DNA of 64,000 nt, taken from positions 383,762 through 447,761 of the IMG/VR virus record IMGVR_UViG_3300022744_000001; one strand, given 5' to 3'. Every line of letters starts with the position of its first letter. The stretch's first letter is position 1. The position numbers were made by a program, and so were the translations under genes. Below the pieces are notes generated by a model. That model did not search any database. It was given only the letters and a program-made list of their open reading frames with translations, and was not told where the DNA came from. Positions 46,323 through 55,099 of this stretch are shown here, in pieces. Source of the DNA: a virus.

Positions 46323-49121
46323 ATGCGTAGTGTCATCGCCCTAACCCTGCTTTTGGTTGGCTGTGGGGGAGATTTGGCGAGCAACCCCAACCAACAGGTA
46401 GACTCGGGAGCGCCCGACACCCAGGAACCAATCAACCACCCGAGCGAGGGGCCTTCGAAGACCGGACTGAAAGAGACCGGTTCGAAGGAGCGTGACGGGG
46501 GCACTGAGGTCCCTGACAGCGGCTCCAGCCAAGACAGCGGGAGCTTGATCCAGGACAGCGGTCTCGAGCCCCAGGACAGCGGGCACCCCGCCACCCAGGA
46601 CAGTGGGAGCCCCGACAGCGGTTCAACCGACCCGGACAGTGGCAGCACCCCCGCCCAGGACAGTGGAAGCCCCACCCCCCAGGACAGCGGCACGGTCACG
46701 AACCCGTCCTGCTCCGCTGGGGATGCGACCTGCTACAACGACCAGATCCTGACCTGCACCAACGGACAATGGCAGGCAGGACTGACGTGCCAGTACGGGT
46801 GCACCGCGGGCAAGTGCAACCCCTGTGAGCCCGAAGCTCTTCGCTGCAACGGCCTCGACGTCGAGGTGTGTGACGGCCAGAACTGGCTCACGGCTCAGCA
46901 GTGCAACTACCTCTGCCAGAACAGTGCTTGCGTTGAGAAAGTCTGCGAGCCCGGCACGGTCGTCTGCAAGGCAGGGCAAACCGGACAGCAGTGCAACCAG
47001 CTGGGCACGGCCTGGGAGCCCGCCACAAGCTGCCAGGGGGCCTGCAAGAGCGGCACAGGGGACTGCAACAACTCCCCGGCAGACGGCTGCGAGACGGGCA
47101 CGAACACCACGAACAACTGCGGTGGATGTGGCATCTCCTGCAACGCCCCCGGTGCGGCATCCTACTGCTCCAACGGAAGCTGTGGGTTCTCTTGTCTCAC
47201 CGGGAAGGCTGACTGCGACAAGCAAGCGGCCAACGGGTGCGAGGCTACGCCAGCCACGGATGTGAACAACTGCGGCGGATGCGGGAACGTGTGTAGCTCG
47301 AGCGGTGGAGCCCCCTCTTGCAACAACGGAACCTGCTCAATCCAGTGTGACAGCACCCACGCAAACTGTGATGGGAACCTGGCCAACGGATGCGAGACCT
47401 CCCTGACCGCAATGAACAACTGCGGCGGATGCGGAATCACCTGCAACGCAGGCACGGAAATCTGTCAAGCCGGGGCCTGCACCAAGAACACGACCTCGTG
47501 CGCCTCCGGGACCGGCGACTGCGACGGGAACTCGACCTGCGAGACCACCCTCACCACGGTGACCAACTGCGGGGCCTGCGGCGTCCAGTGCGCGACCTAC
47601 CCCAACATGGCCACGAGCTGCAACGGCTCGTGCCAGTACACCTGCAACGCGGGCTATGCCAACGTTGACGGGAGCCTCTCCAACGGTTGCGAAGTCAACC
47701 TCAAGACCGATGCCAACAACTGTGGCACGGTGGGCAACATCTGTAGCTCGAGCGGCGGCTCAGCTTCCTGCTCGAACGGAACCTGTAACCTCACCTGCTT
47801 CCCCGGCCGCGCCAACTGCGACGGCAAAGCCTCGAACGGCTGTGAGGTGAACACAACCAGCGACGTGGGGAACTGCGGGGCGTGTGGCAGTACCTGCGGG
47901 ATAGAGTCCAACGCCACGTCCATGTGTTCGGCCTCAATCTGCTCCACGACGTGCCAACCTGGCTGGGCGGACTGCGACGGGAAGACAGGCAACGGGTGCG
48001 AGCAGAACACCACGAACGATGTGAACCACTGCGGCGGGTGCGGCACGGTTTGTCTCGGGGACACGAACCAGTGCAACAGCGGGCAGTGCCAGTACAACGT
48101 CACGGAGATGTACGCGGGCAGCAAGGCCACCAACACTGCTTCGATGGAGTACATTGATGCGATCGCCTCGGACGCGGTGAACGTGTACCTCTCGAGCCGA
48201 GTGAAGACCAACGGGACCTGGACTACCCGCATCCGACAGGTAGCGAAGGTCGGCGGGCAGTCCACGACCCTCTCCACAGTCACCCTCGGCGTCACCAAAA
48301 TCGTCCTGCGCAACAACTATCTGTTCTGGGGAGGCTTGGACAACTCGAGCGGGAGCCTTGTCGAGCGCATCTTCAAGACTGACCTGAGCAACAACACGTC
48401 CACGGAAATCGTGACCGATGTCCGCGGCAACTACAACCCCGTGAGCAACTTCGTCGTGGACGACAACTACGTCTACTGGCTCTCGAACGAGAGCACGGTC
48501 AGCCCCACGGACGCGAGCAACAACGAAATCACCTCGACCACCATCTACCGTGTCTCGGTGAATGGGGGCGCGAAAACGACCTACACAACCATCAGTGAGG
48601 CGGCCATCGGCTGGGCTGACCAGACGTTCGCTTCCTTGTCTGGAAGCCCGCTCTTCGTGGCCACCTGGGGCACCAAGGATGCAAACCAGAGCCCGCCCTA
48701 CAACTACTCGAACCAGGGCGTGTGGATGGTCCCCACGGCAGTCTCCCCGTCCAACAAGAGCCGCATCGTCGGAGGTCAGGTTTCCATATCCCGCATCAGC
48801 GCCGTGACCACGGACCTTGGCCGGTCGATCGTGTGGATCGGCCAGAACGGGGCCCATAGCAACGGGGGCGTGTGGAGCTACCAGCAAGACGGGAGCTACT
48901 TGAACGTAGTGGCTGTCCTGCAAAACGCCCTCTTCACCGACGGGACTATGGTAGTCACTACCGGTGCCACCCCCTACACGGTGGCCGTGGATGGCGGCGC
49001 GGTAACCCAAGCCGCCCCCACGAGCAACAGCCGAGGGGTCACCACGGCGGACAGTGACAACCTGGTTTGGGTCGAACTAGCTACGGATCACTACGTGGTC
49101 CGGTTTGCCCCGAGGACCTGA
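46323..49121 (+). CDS. Myxobacterial-type Cys-rich repeat lipoprotein with a C-terminal beta-propeller-like domain
   Basis: Lipobox LLVG-C; QDSG repeats; many CGxCGxxC / DCDGxxxNGCE repeats; 'VDDNYVYW'-type blades. Confidence 0.88.
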   Translation: MRSVIALTLLLVGCGGDLASNPNQQVDSGAPDTQEPINHPSEGPSKTGLKETGSKERDGGTEVPDSGSSQDSGSLIQDSGLEPQDSGHPATQDSGSPDSGSTDPDSGSTPAQDSGSPTPQDSGTVTNPSCSAGDATCYNDQILTCTNGQWQAGLTCQYGCTAGKCNPCEPEALRCNGLDVEVCDGQNWLTAQQCNYLCQNSACVEKVCEPGTVVCKAGQTGQQCNQLGTAWEPATSCQGACKSGTGDCNNSPADGCETGTNTTNNCGGCGISCNAPGAASYCSNGSCGFSCLTGKADCDKQAANGCEATPATDVNNCGGCGNVCSSSGGAPSCNNGTCSIQCDSTHANCDGNLANGCETSLTAMNNCGGCGITCNAGTEICQAGACTKNTTSCASGTGDCDGNSTCETTLTTVTNCGACGVQCATYPNMATSCNGSCQYTCNAGYANVDGSLSNGCEVNLKTDANNCGTVGNICSSSGGSASCSNGTCNLTCFPGRANCDGKASNGCEVNTTSDVGNCGACGSTCGIESNATSMCSASICSTTCQPGWADCDGKTGNGCEQNTTNDVNHCGGCGTVCLGDTNQCNSGQCQYNVTEMYAGSKATNTASMEYIDAIASDAVNVYLSSRVKTNGTWTTRIRQVAKVGGQSTTLSTVTLGVTKIVLRNNYLFWGGLDNSSGSLVERIFKTDLSNNTSTEIVTDVRGNYNPVSNFVVDDNYVYWLSNESTVSPTDASNNEITSTTIYRVSVNGGAKTTYTTISEAAIGWADQTFASLSGSPLFVATWGTKDANQSPPYNYSNQGVWMVPTAVSPSNKSRIVGGQVSISRISAVTTDLGRSIVWIGQNGAHSNGGVWSYQQDGSYLNVVAVLQNALFTDGTMVVTTGATPYTVAVDGGAVTQAAPTSNSRGVTTADSDNLVWVELATDHYVVRFAPRT
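46510..46695 (+). repeat. Tandem (Q/P)DSG coding repeats (caggacagcgg-like)
   Basis: About nine imperfect units visible directly. Confidence 0.8.
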
Positions 49122-49338
49122 ACACTACGGTCTCCCAGTTAGGGCGAACCCAAGAACCTGCGTTCTTGTAGCTGCCACTGCGGTAAACCTTCCCGACGAC
49201 CTCCATGTCGTCGTCCCAGAGAAGGACCGACTCGTTGACCTGAAGGCCATCATAGTCCCCCTGCAACACCGAATCGGAGTTGAGGGGGACTAGGTCTTTG
49301 TCGTTCCTTTTGCTGAAATCTACCTTGAGGGCTCGCAT
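49081..49338 (-). CDS. Hypothetical protein
   Basis: 85 aa, convergent with the lipoprotein gene. Confidence 0.5.
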   Translation of the reverse strand: MRALKVDFSKRNDKDLVPLNSDSVLQGDYDGLQVNESVLLWDDDMEVVGKVYRSGSYKNAGSWVRPNWETVVFRSSGQTGPRSDP

Positions 49339-49357
49339 CGGACCTATCGGGGGAAAT

Positions 49358-49432
49358 TGGTAGGGGCGCTGGGAATCGAACCCAGACGGGTAGCTTAGAA
49401 GGCTACTGCTCTATCCGTTGAGCTACACCCCC
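49358..49432 (-). tRNA. tRNA-Arg(TCT)
   Basis: GTAGC-CTTCTAA-GCTAC. Confidence 0.9.
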
Positions 49433-49435
49433 GTA

Positions 49436-49954
49436 TTATGCAATGAAAGCGCCGTAGTTGCCCGCAATAATCTGGCTGTAGTCCAGATCATCACCCAAGC
49501 ACTCTTTGACGTCCACGAGGTCGGGCCCAAACCCAACGAACTTACCGTTGTAGGTACGAATCGTTCTCGGGACCTTAATCTCTGCACGTGCGAACTGGTG
49601 CCCCTTCTCGGGCATCGTGTACTCCCCTGGGTGTTTCGGACGCTCCTCCAAAATCCCCCAGTGGGTCAGCCGTGTCCAATCAGACCCGCGGACCCCGGCC
49701 CCGAGCTTGTTTGTCTCGGCCAGGTGCTTGGCCACGGGAAGCCACCCAGGAGCCGTCAGGAAGTGCCGATGCAGGATGATGGCGACCTTGGCCATCATCG
49801 GGTTCAGAGGGCGTTCCGTGAGCGCCACGAGCTGCTTGCAGGCAGGGCAGCAGGCTGGGACGTTCTCTCGGAGCGCTTCCTTGAGCTTCTCTTGAGCCTG
49901 AGCCACCGTGGTTGAAGTCGGGTCGATGATGAATACGCGAGGCTTTTTGGCCAT
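49436..49954 (-). CDS. CxxC + winged-helix-like protein, paralogue of 51564-52142
   Basis: Aligned motifs C..C, LN..MA, L..W..LEERP, G..FA, VPR....Y. Confidence 0.75.
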   Translation of the reverse strand: MAKKPRVFIIDPTSTTVAQAQEKLKEALRENVPACCPACKQLVALTERPLNPMMAKVAIILHRHFLTAPGWLPVAKHLAETNKLGAGVRGSDWTRLTHWGILEERPKHPGEYTMPEKGHQFARAEIKVPRTIRTYNGKFVGFGPDLVDVKECLGDDLDYSQIIAGNYGAFIA

Positions 49955-49962
49955 GGCCTCCG

Positions 49963-50436
49963 CTACACCGGGGGCAACCCGTGCTCGGCCAACCAGGCAT
50001 TCGAGTACCTGTGGTCCCCCGTGACCTCACGCCCGAGCCAGGGCTGGCTAACCACCGGGTCATCCGGACCCTCGAGTTCGATCTCAGCAAGCCAGAGGCC
50101 CTTGTGGCGGCCGAGGAACTCGTCCACGACCCAATGCTTGTTCACGTTCGAGATCTCGTAGCAAGGAACAATGCCCCGAACCTTCTCGAGGCCGAACTTC
50201 ACCATGGACCACATCTCGAGCGCGTGAGCCATGGGGATCTCATACTCGAACTCCGGCCGGGACACGGTGCCGCTCCCTTTGAGGGTGAGCCACGCCTTGG
50301 GGTAGGGGTCCCCTTGGGTGCGCACCCGGAGAGCTGGGTCCGTATGGATGTACCCTTGTCGAAGGTGGGTCGGGGAGAGAAGCTTTGGGAGCTTCGACGG
50401 GTCAACGAGATACCTACGCTCGATCTCAACTGGCAT
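49963..50436 (-). CDS. CYTH (triphosphate tunnel) domain protein
   Basis: EIERRY, QGY, RVR, LTLKG, R.EFEY, K.R, VDEF, AEIE, Y.N. Confidence 0.9.
   Translation of the reverse strand: MPVEIERRYLVDPSKLPKLLSPTHLRQGYIHTDPALRVRTQGDPYPKAWLTLKGSGTVSRPEFEYEIPMAHALEMWSMVKFGLEKVRGIVPCYEISNVNKHWVVDEFLGRHKGLWLAEIELEGPDDPVVSQPWLGREVTGDHRYSNAWLAEHGLPPV
49964..49970 (-). promoter_or_regulatory. Representative copy of the recurrent (C/T)GGTGTA putative phage promoter element (about 20 copies)
   Basis: Repeatedly 10-30 nt upstream of genes/ncRNAs in the sense orientation. Confidence 0.65.
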
Positions 50437-50458
50437 ACCTCGCGGGTACACCGGACAT

Positions 50459-50533
50459 TGGAGACCTGGGTTGGAGTCGAACCAACGCGCCGCGGGTTTG
50501 CAATCCGCGCCCCTCGCCAGAGAGATCCAGGTC
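50459..50533 (-). tRNA. tRNA-Cys(GCA), A8
   Basis: Loop TTGCAAA; U73. Confidence 0.85.
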
Positions 50534-50537
50534 AAAA

Positions 50538-50894
50538 CTATTCGGGCTTCGGGCCCACGCCGGAGTATGGCTTCGCAAAACCCTCGTTGAGCAACACCTG
50601 GTTGACGTTCAACGTGTTGCCATCGGGGAGGTCTACGAACACGGTCGCAAGCCAGCGCCCGTATTTGTCCGACTTGGTGGTGACCACCCGAAGAGAGCCG
50701 AGAGACAAGAGTCGCTCCAGCTCACTCTTGGCAGCGAGCCCAGCGGTTCGAGTCGCACCGACAACCTCGGGAGCATTCAACCCCTCAAGGCGAAAATCCA
50801 GCTCCATGGTGACCCTGAACCCAAGGTCCACGACCATGTAGAGCGTGTCGCCGTCAACTACCCGGGAGAGCTTTGCCTTGTACTCGTAGATCAT
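50538..50894 (-). CDS. Thermonuclease (SNase-like)
   Basis: RVVDGDT, RL.G.NAPE, DKYGR.LA, N..L..EG.A. Confidence 0.9.
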   Translation of the reverse strand: MIYEYKAKLSRVVDGDTLYMVVDLGFRVTMELDFRLEGLNAPEVVGATRTAGLAAKSELERLLSLGSLRVVTTKSDKYGRWLATVFVDLPDGNTLNVNQVLLNEGFAKPYSGVGPKPE

Positions 50895-50918
50895 GCTCAA
50901 GGCGGAGCATGAATAGAT

Positions 50919-50993
50919 TGGAGCAAGCGATGGGGATTGAACCCACGACATCCAGCTTGGGAAGTTGGCGCTCTACCACTGAGCTACGCTTGC
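50919..50993 (-). tRNA. tRNA-Gly(CCC)
   Basis: Loop TTCCCAA; U73. Confidence 0.9.
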
Positions 50994-51000
50994 AAACGGT

Positions 51001-51357
51001 CTAGGGCTCTACACCGATGAACGCGAGTTCGTCCGGAGTGAGCTTCGACAAAATCTTGGCACGAAGGGCACGCCGTGACTCCTCAACCCCTTCGTCAAGG
51101 TGGAGCGGCCTATCGTGGGCGAGGAGGTAGACCTGATCTCCAATCCTCACGCACGAAACCTTCTCCACAGCCCCATCGCCTGGGCCTCGGTTCTTGTCCT
51201 TGGCCACCACTCGAGCCGTGGCCTCGTCGGAGTAGTAGCCGATCAGCGGGCCTGTACCGCCCCCGCAATCGTTCCCACGAGCCGCCCAGGCCGTGAACGG
51301 CCCAGGCTTCTTTGCCAGCTCTACCTCTGCGAAAGTGACGGGGGCCAAATCAGGCAT
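51001..51357 (-). CDS. Hypothetical protein
   Basis: 118 aa; ends LSKLTPDELAFIG; GGTGTA element upstream. Confidence 0.65.
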   Translation of the reverse strand: MPDLAPVTFAEVELAKKPGPFTAWAARGNDCGGGTGPLIGYYSDEATARVVAKDKNRGPGDGAVEKVSCVRIGDQVYLLAHDRPLHLDEGVEESRRALRAKILSKLTPDELAFIGVEP

Positions 51358-51377
51358 GGCATGACGTACACCGAAAT

Positions 51378-51452
51378 TGGAGCAGGTAGCGGGGATTGAA
51401 CCCGCAGCCTCATCGTTGGCAACGATGCGCTCTACCATTGAGCTATACCTGC
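51378..51452 (-). tRNA. tRNA-Gly(GCC)
   Basis: CATCG-TTGCCAA-CGATG; U73. Confidence 0.92.
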
Positions 51453-51457
51453 GAAAT

Positions 51458-51531
51458 TGGTGCGGGTAGCGAGACTTGAACTCGCGCCTTCGCCTTGGCA
51501 AGGCGACATCCTACCTCTGGACGATACCCGC
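51458..51531 (-). tRNA. tRNA-Gly(GCC) with A73
   Basis: TCGCC-TTGCCAA-GGCGA; ends CGC-A-CCA. Confidence 0.85.
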
Positions 51532-51563
51532 GAAAATTGAAGCGTTCGGTGTACCCAAACGCA

Positions 51564-52142
51564 ATGCCCGACAGCCCATCCGCAATGGACTTGATTGAAC
51601 TTATCGAGTCGATGGAAGAACGAGACAGCACTCCGATTGCTCAACCCTCGGAACCGGCACCACAGCTCGCGGCCTCGCTCGATGAAGCTCGCAAACTGTT
51701 TTTCTCGGAACTAGACCGTGGAACTTGTTGCGTGTTGTGCGGACGACACGCGAAACGCTATAAACGGAAACTGAACAGCGGGATGGCTCGAATGCTGATC
51801 CATCTCTACCGCATGTCCACGGACCTACCGGCAGAACAAGACGGCTGGATGCACGTCAGTCACGTCTTTCTGGGGCTCGGTCGAAACGCCGTCGCACAAG
51901 AATACTCCAAGCTTCGGTTTTGGAGTCTCCTTGAAGAACGCCCAAATGATAACCCTGAAATACCCGGTTCGGGGTACTGGAGAGTGACCTCTCTGGGGGC
52001 TTCTTTTGCCCAAGGGCATGTCTCGGTCCCCCGTCACGTTTACGTCTACGACAACGTTTGCACAGGAGTATCCGAAGAACGAACGACTATCCAAGATGCG
52101 CTAGGGGACAAGTTCAACTACGAAGAGTTGATGGCCAGTTAA
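51564..52142 (+). CDS. CxxC + winged-helix-like protein, paralogue of 49436-49954
   Basis: Shared motifs; CGGTGTA on the + strand at 51547. Confidence 0.75.
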   Translation: MPDSPSAMDLIELIESMEERDSTPIAQPSEPAPQLAASLDEARKLFFSELDRGTCCVLCGRHAKRYKRKLNSGMARMLIHLYRMSTDLPAEQDGWMHVSHVFLGLGRNAVAQEYSKLRFWSLLEERPNDNPEIPGSGYWRVTSLGASFAQGHVSVPRHVYVYDNVCTGVSEERTTIQDALGDKFNYEELMAS

Positions 52143-52144
52143 AT

Positions 52145-52219
52145 TGGAGCCCACGGCGGGAATTGAACCCGCGACCTCTTCCTTACCAAGGAAGCGCACT
52201 ACCACTGTGCTACATGGGC
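52145..52219 (-). tRNA. tRNA-Thr(GGT)
   Basis: CTTCC-TTGGTAA-GGAAG. Confidence 0.92.
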
Positions 52220-52275
52220 GAAACTTGAGGGCCTATCCAGGCAGTGCTTGACACCGCGACAGGCCCCTTTCGTAG

Positions 52276-52668
52276 TCAGAAACGGAACTTGGGGAACTTG
52301 CGGTTCCACCCGTCCACGCCAGCGTTACCAAGCGTCTCCACGAGCGCGTGGAAACGGTCCTCGGTCATCGGGTAACGGGCAGTGACCCAGAAGAAAACCA
52401 CGAGCGTGCCATCGGTGCTGGCTCGAACATCAGCAGCTCGAGGGCTCAGCTCCATGTCCCGGTCGCTTTGTAGCGCCGCATTGGTTTTGACCCAGACCGA
52501 CTTGATCACACCCCCGACTTGGATAATCTGCCTTGCCAGGTCGTCCGGCAAAGTCCCAATCCCCGGGTCATACTCAGCCCACACCGGGCCGCCCTTGGGG
52601 CCCAGGTCAGCCCAGACCTTGGTCGAGGCAGCTACTTTCCAGCGGGCTTGGTCATTGTAGTCGTACAT
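52276..52668 (-). CDS. Protein with MYDYND leader
   Basis: MYDYNDQARWKVAAS; AATCTTTTTGT upstream. Confidence 0.65.
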   Translation of the reverse strand: MYDYNDQARWKVAASTKVWADLGPKGGPVWAEYDPGIGTLPDDLARQIIQVGGVIKSVWVKTNAALQSDRDMELSPRAADVRASTDGTLVVFFWVTARYPMTEDRFHALVETLGNAGVDGWNRKFPKFRF

Positions 52669-52698
52669 GGTACTCAAGACCACGGACAAAAAGATTCG

Positions 52699-52772
52699 TG
52701 CGTGTGGCGGGACTCGAACCCGCAAATCTCCTGAGTGGAAGTCAGGCGTCCTAACCATTGAACGACACACGC
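52699..52772 (-). tRNA. tRNA-Gly(TCC), A73, no CCA
   Basis: CCTGA-CTTCCAC-TCAGG. Confidence 0.82.
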
Positions 52773-52778
52773 AAAAAT

Positions 52779-52852
52779 TGGTGGAGCCACCGGGATTTGA
52801 ACCCGGGTTTCTGCGATGCGAACGCAGCGTCCTCCCGCTGGACGATGACCCC
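52779..52852 (-). tRNA. tRNA-Ala(CGC)
   Basis: G3:U70; CTGCG-TTCGCAT-CGCAG. Confidence 0.9.
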
Positions 52853-52857
52853 GAAAT

Positions 52858-52935
52858 TGGTGGAGGCAGCGGAGATTCGAACCCGCACTGACGTCCTGCC
52901 AGAACGCCCGCACTTCCCAGTTATGCTATGCCCCC
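52858..52935 (-). tRNA. tRNA-Ala(GGC)
   Basis: G3:U70; loop CTGGCAG. Confidence 0.85.
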
Positions 52936-52940
52936 GAAAT

Positions 52941-53015
52941 TGGTGGAGATGAGGGGACTCGAACCCCTAACCGCTTCGCTGCCAGCGAAGTGCTCACCCA
53001 TTGAGCTACACCCCC
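52941..53015 (-). tRNA. tRNA-Ala(GGC)
   Basis: G3:U70; CTTCG-CTGGCAG-CGAAG. Confidence 0.9.
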
Positions 53016-53020
53016 GAACT

Positions 53021-53095
53021 TGGTAGGACCAGAGGGACTCGAACCCCCAACTTCAGGCTTGTAATGCCCGCACTCTGCCATTGAGCTATGGTCCC
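53021..53095 (-). tRNA. tRNA-Val(TAC)
   Basis: CGGGC-ATTACAA-GCCTG. Confidence 0.88.
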
Positions 53096-53100
53096 GAAAA

Positions 53101-53175
53101 TGGAGCTGACAGTGGGGCTCGAACCCACAACCTCCTGGTTACAAATCAGGTGCACTACCATTGTGCTATGCCAGC
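53101..53175 (-). tRNA. tRNA-Thr(TGT)
   Basis: Loop TTTGTAA. Confidence 0.9.
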
Positions 53176-53775
53176 TAAAACGTCTTGCCTTTCGGTATAG
53201 CGAAGGCGCCTGGAAACTTGCCGCACCCCTTTCGCACCTCGATTCCGAGATTTGTAGGTGGGAGTTTGAGCGTGACAATTCGGGCAAATCAATCTGAGAT
53301 TACCCCGAGTATTGTTGTCAGAATCGCCATCTATGTGGTCAAGCTCTAAAGGAATTGGTTGCCCATTCCAAACAGTGTTGCTGCACGCCTCACATCGATG
53401 CGGGCGTTCTCGCATCAAAATTCGTTTTCTCGTTGAGTCTGTTTTTGCGCCCTCAAGAGTGACCCTTCTAAGCGCACCCCCAGAACACTGGAAACAGAAC
53501 TTTCTACGACGAACCTTGCGCCCGCATTCAGCGCAAGTCTTACGCAACAACTTACCAGCTCGACCAGAGTTACTGTGCTTGGCGGCACACGAGTGGCCGC
53601 AGAATTTCTTCTGTCGCTCCTCGTAGGAAAGCGGTTTGAAACAGAACTTGCATGACCTGGGAGCCCCCAGATAGCGGGTTACCGCCTCAGCTTTCTGTCT
53701 CTCACGGCAAGCTGCCATCGCAGCTTCCGTCTTCAAATACCCCAGGCGCCCTGCTTCGCTACGAGTGAAAACCAC
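53155..53775 (-). CDS. HNH homing-type endonuclease whose stop lies inside tRNA-Thr(TGT)
   Basis: Several CxxC; LELDHIDG...NN...NLRLICPNCHAQT; lower GC than flanks. Confidence 0.85.
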   Translation of the reverse strand: MVFTRSEAGRLGYLKTEAAMAACRERQKAEAVTRYLGAPRSCKFCFKPLSYEERQKKFCGHSCAAKHSNSGRAGKLLRKTCAECGRKVRRRKFCFQCSGGALRRVTLEGAKTDSTRKRILMRERPHRCEACSNTVWNGQPIPLELDHIDGDSDNNTRGNLRLICPNCHAQTPTYKSRNRGAKGVRQVSRRLRYTERQDVLAGIAQW

Positions 53776-53939
53776 GACCTATTAGGTACACCGACATCGA
53801 ACCAGAACACCTACTTAGGTACCGCTCCCTGTAGAGGAACGGTCATGATTCACCCAAGGACCCTGTTCTGGACTTGCGTTGTCGGAGCCCTCATGTGGTG
53901 GGGCATCATCGCAGGCATCATGCACGCCTGCGGGTGAGT

Positions 53940-54013
53940 TGGTTCGGGTGCAGGGAATTGAACCCCGATTCGTGGGTCCAAAGCCCACTGTCTTGCCGTT
54001 AGACGACACCCGA
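53940..54013 (-). tRNA. tRNA-Gln(TTG)
   Basis: GTGGG-CTTTGGA-CCCAC; U1:A72. Confidence 0.9.
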
Positions 54014-54643
54014 ATGCGAATAGCCAGGTCCTCCCTCGTGAGGGTTTCCATGCCCGCAGTAGAGCGCTCCAGGCGTTCCCGGAGCGCTCGAGCCTCTTCC
54101 GTAGCCTGAGCCATCTCCTCTCGAGAGAGGGGCCGTGGCGGCGGGAGGTTCGTGGCGAGCTTGGGTTTTGGGAAATCCACCATACGTTCTTATCCGATGG
54201 CAGTTAGCACACACCAAATCGCACTTGGCTATCTCTTCCAAAAGGGTGCGATTTGAAGGGTGCAGCTCACGAGCTAGACCTATTGAAAATCGTTTAGTTT
54301 CTGGGTCTCGATGGTCGAAATCCATCACGTAGTGTGGGTAGAGATTCCCGCAATCCATACAAGGTTTACCCTCTTTGGCTTGGGCAATCAGCTCGATAAT
54401 TTCGTCTCTCCGTTTGAGAGAGCGGTCGATATAGTGCGACCTGTTTGAAGCGTAGTGTGTCTTGCCCTGCTGCTTAGTGCAGACACGACAGGAAACCTGC
54501 AAACCATCCCTTCGGCTTTTACAAAGGTTGAACTCCGTTACAGGCTTCTCTGTGGCACACCTACGACAGAATTTGGTCCGGGCGGATGGAGTCGAACCCT
54601 CATTCTCAGATCCAGAATCTGATGTCCTACCGTTGGACGACAC
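53999..54643 (-). CDS. HNH endonuclease-like protein whose reading frame overlaps tRNA-Gln genes at both ends
   Basis: C..C...K...EF, SC..C, C.DCG, DFDH, EIAKC.LVCANCH; start uncertain (in-frame GTG at 54643 is inside a tRNA). Confidence 0.7.
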   Translation of the reverse strand: MSSNGRTSDSGSENEGSTPSARTKFCRRCATEKPVTEFNLCKSRRDGLQVSCRVCTKQQGKTHYASNRSHYIDRSLKRRDEIIELIAQAKEGKPCMDCGNLYPHYVMDFDHRDPETKRFSIGLARELHPSNRTLLEEIAKCDLVCANCHRIRTYGGFPKTQARHEPPAATAPLSRGDGSGYGRGSSAPGTPGALYCGHGNPHEGGPGYSHSGVV

Positions 54644-54647
54644 CCGA
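54574..54647 (-). tRNA. tRNA-Gln(CTG)
   Basis: TCAGA-TTCTGGA-TCTGA. Confidence 0.88.
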
Positions 54648-54689
54648 GTAACTACACCAGCTCGGCCTTCGCCAAAGCCAGAATGAAAT

Positions 54690-54763
54690 TGGTTCGGGTG
54701 CAGGGATTCGAACCCCAATAGCAAGATCCAGAATCTTGCGTCCTACCATTAGACGACACCCGA
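54690..54763 (-). tRNA. tRNA-Gln(CTG)
   Basis: CAAGA-TTCTGGA-TCTTG. Confidence 0.9.
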
Positions 54764-54799
54764 ATACGTATACGAAGCGGCACTAATGAAATACCGCGG

Positions 54800-54866
54800 T
54801 GCAAGGAGATGGACATGAACCATCATCTGGGACGATCGCCCCCGCTCTACCTTGAGCTACCCCTGC
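54800..54866 (-). ncRNA. tRNA-like RNA with a 4-nt anticodon loop (no usable anticodon)
   Basis: Intact acceptor, D and T arms; anticodon arm GGGGC-GATC-GTCCC. Confidence 0.7.
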
Positions 54867-54871
54867 AAACT

Positions 54872-54943
54872 TGGCGCGGCGGTGAGGAATCGAACCCCAT
54901 CCTGCGAATTTGGAATTCGCTTGGCTACCTTAGCCCCCTCCGC
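54872..54943 (-). tRNA. Atypical tRNA-Trp(CCA) with a shortened D-arm
   Basis: GCGAA-TTCCAAA-TTCGC; G73-CCA; G8. Confidence 0.75.
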
Positions 54944-54949
54944 AAAAAT

Positions 54950-55025
54950 TGGCGTCCCGGGCAGGAGTCGAACCTGCGACCAACGACTTAGGAAGTCGCT
55001 GCTCTGTCCACTGAGCTACCAGGAC
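54950..55025 (-). tRNA. tRNA-Arg(CCT)
   Basis: GCGAC-TTCCTAA-GTCGT. Confidence 0.92.
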
Positions 55026-55099
55026 ATGGTGGGCACTACACCACTAATCCACCTTTGGTGAGCGATAGGTGGATCTCGCATTTTCAGAAGGGCCATCCC

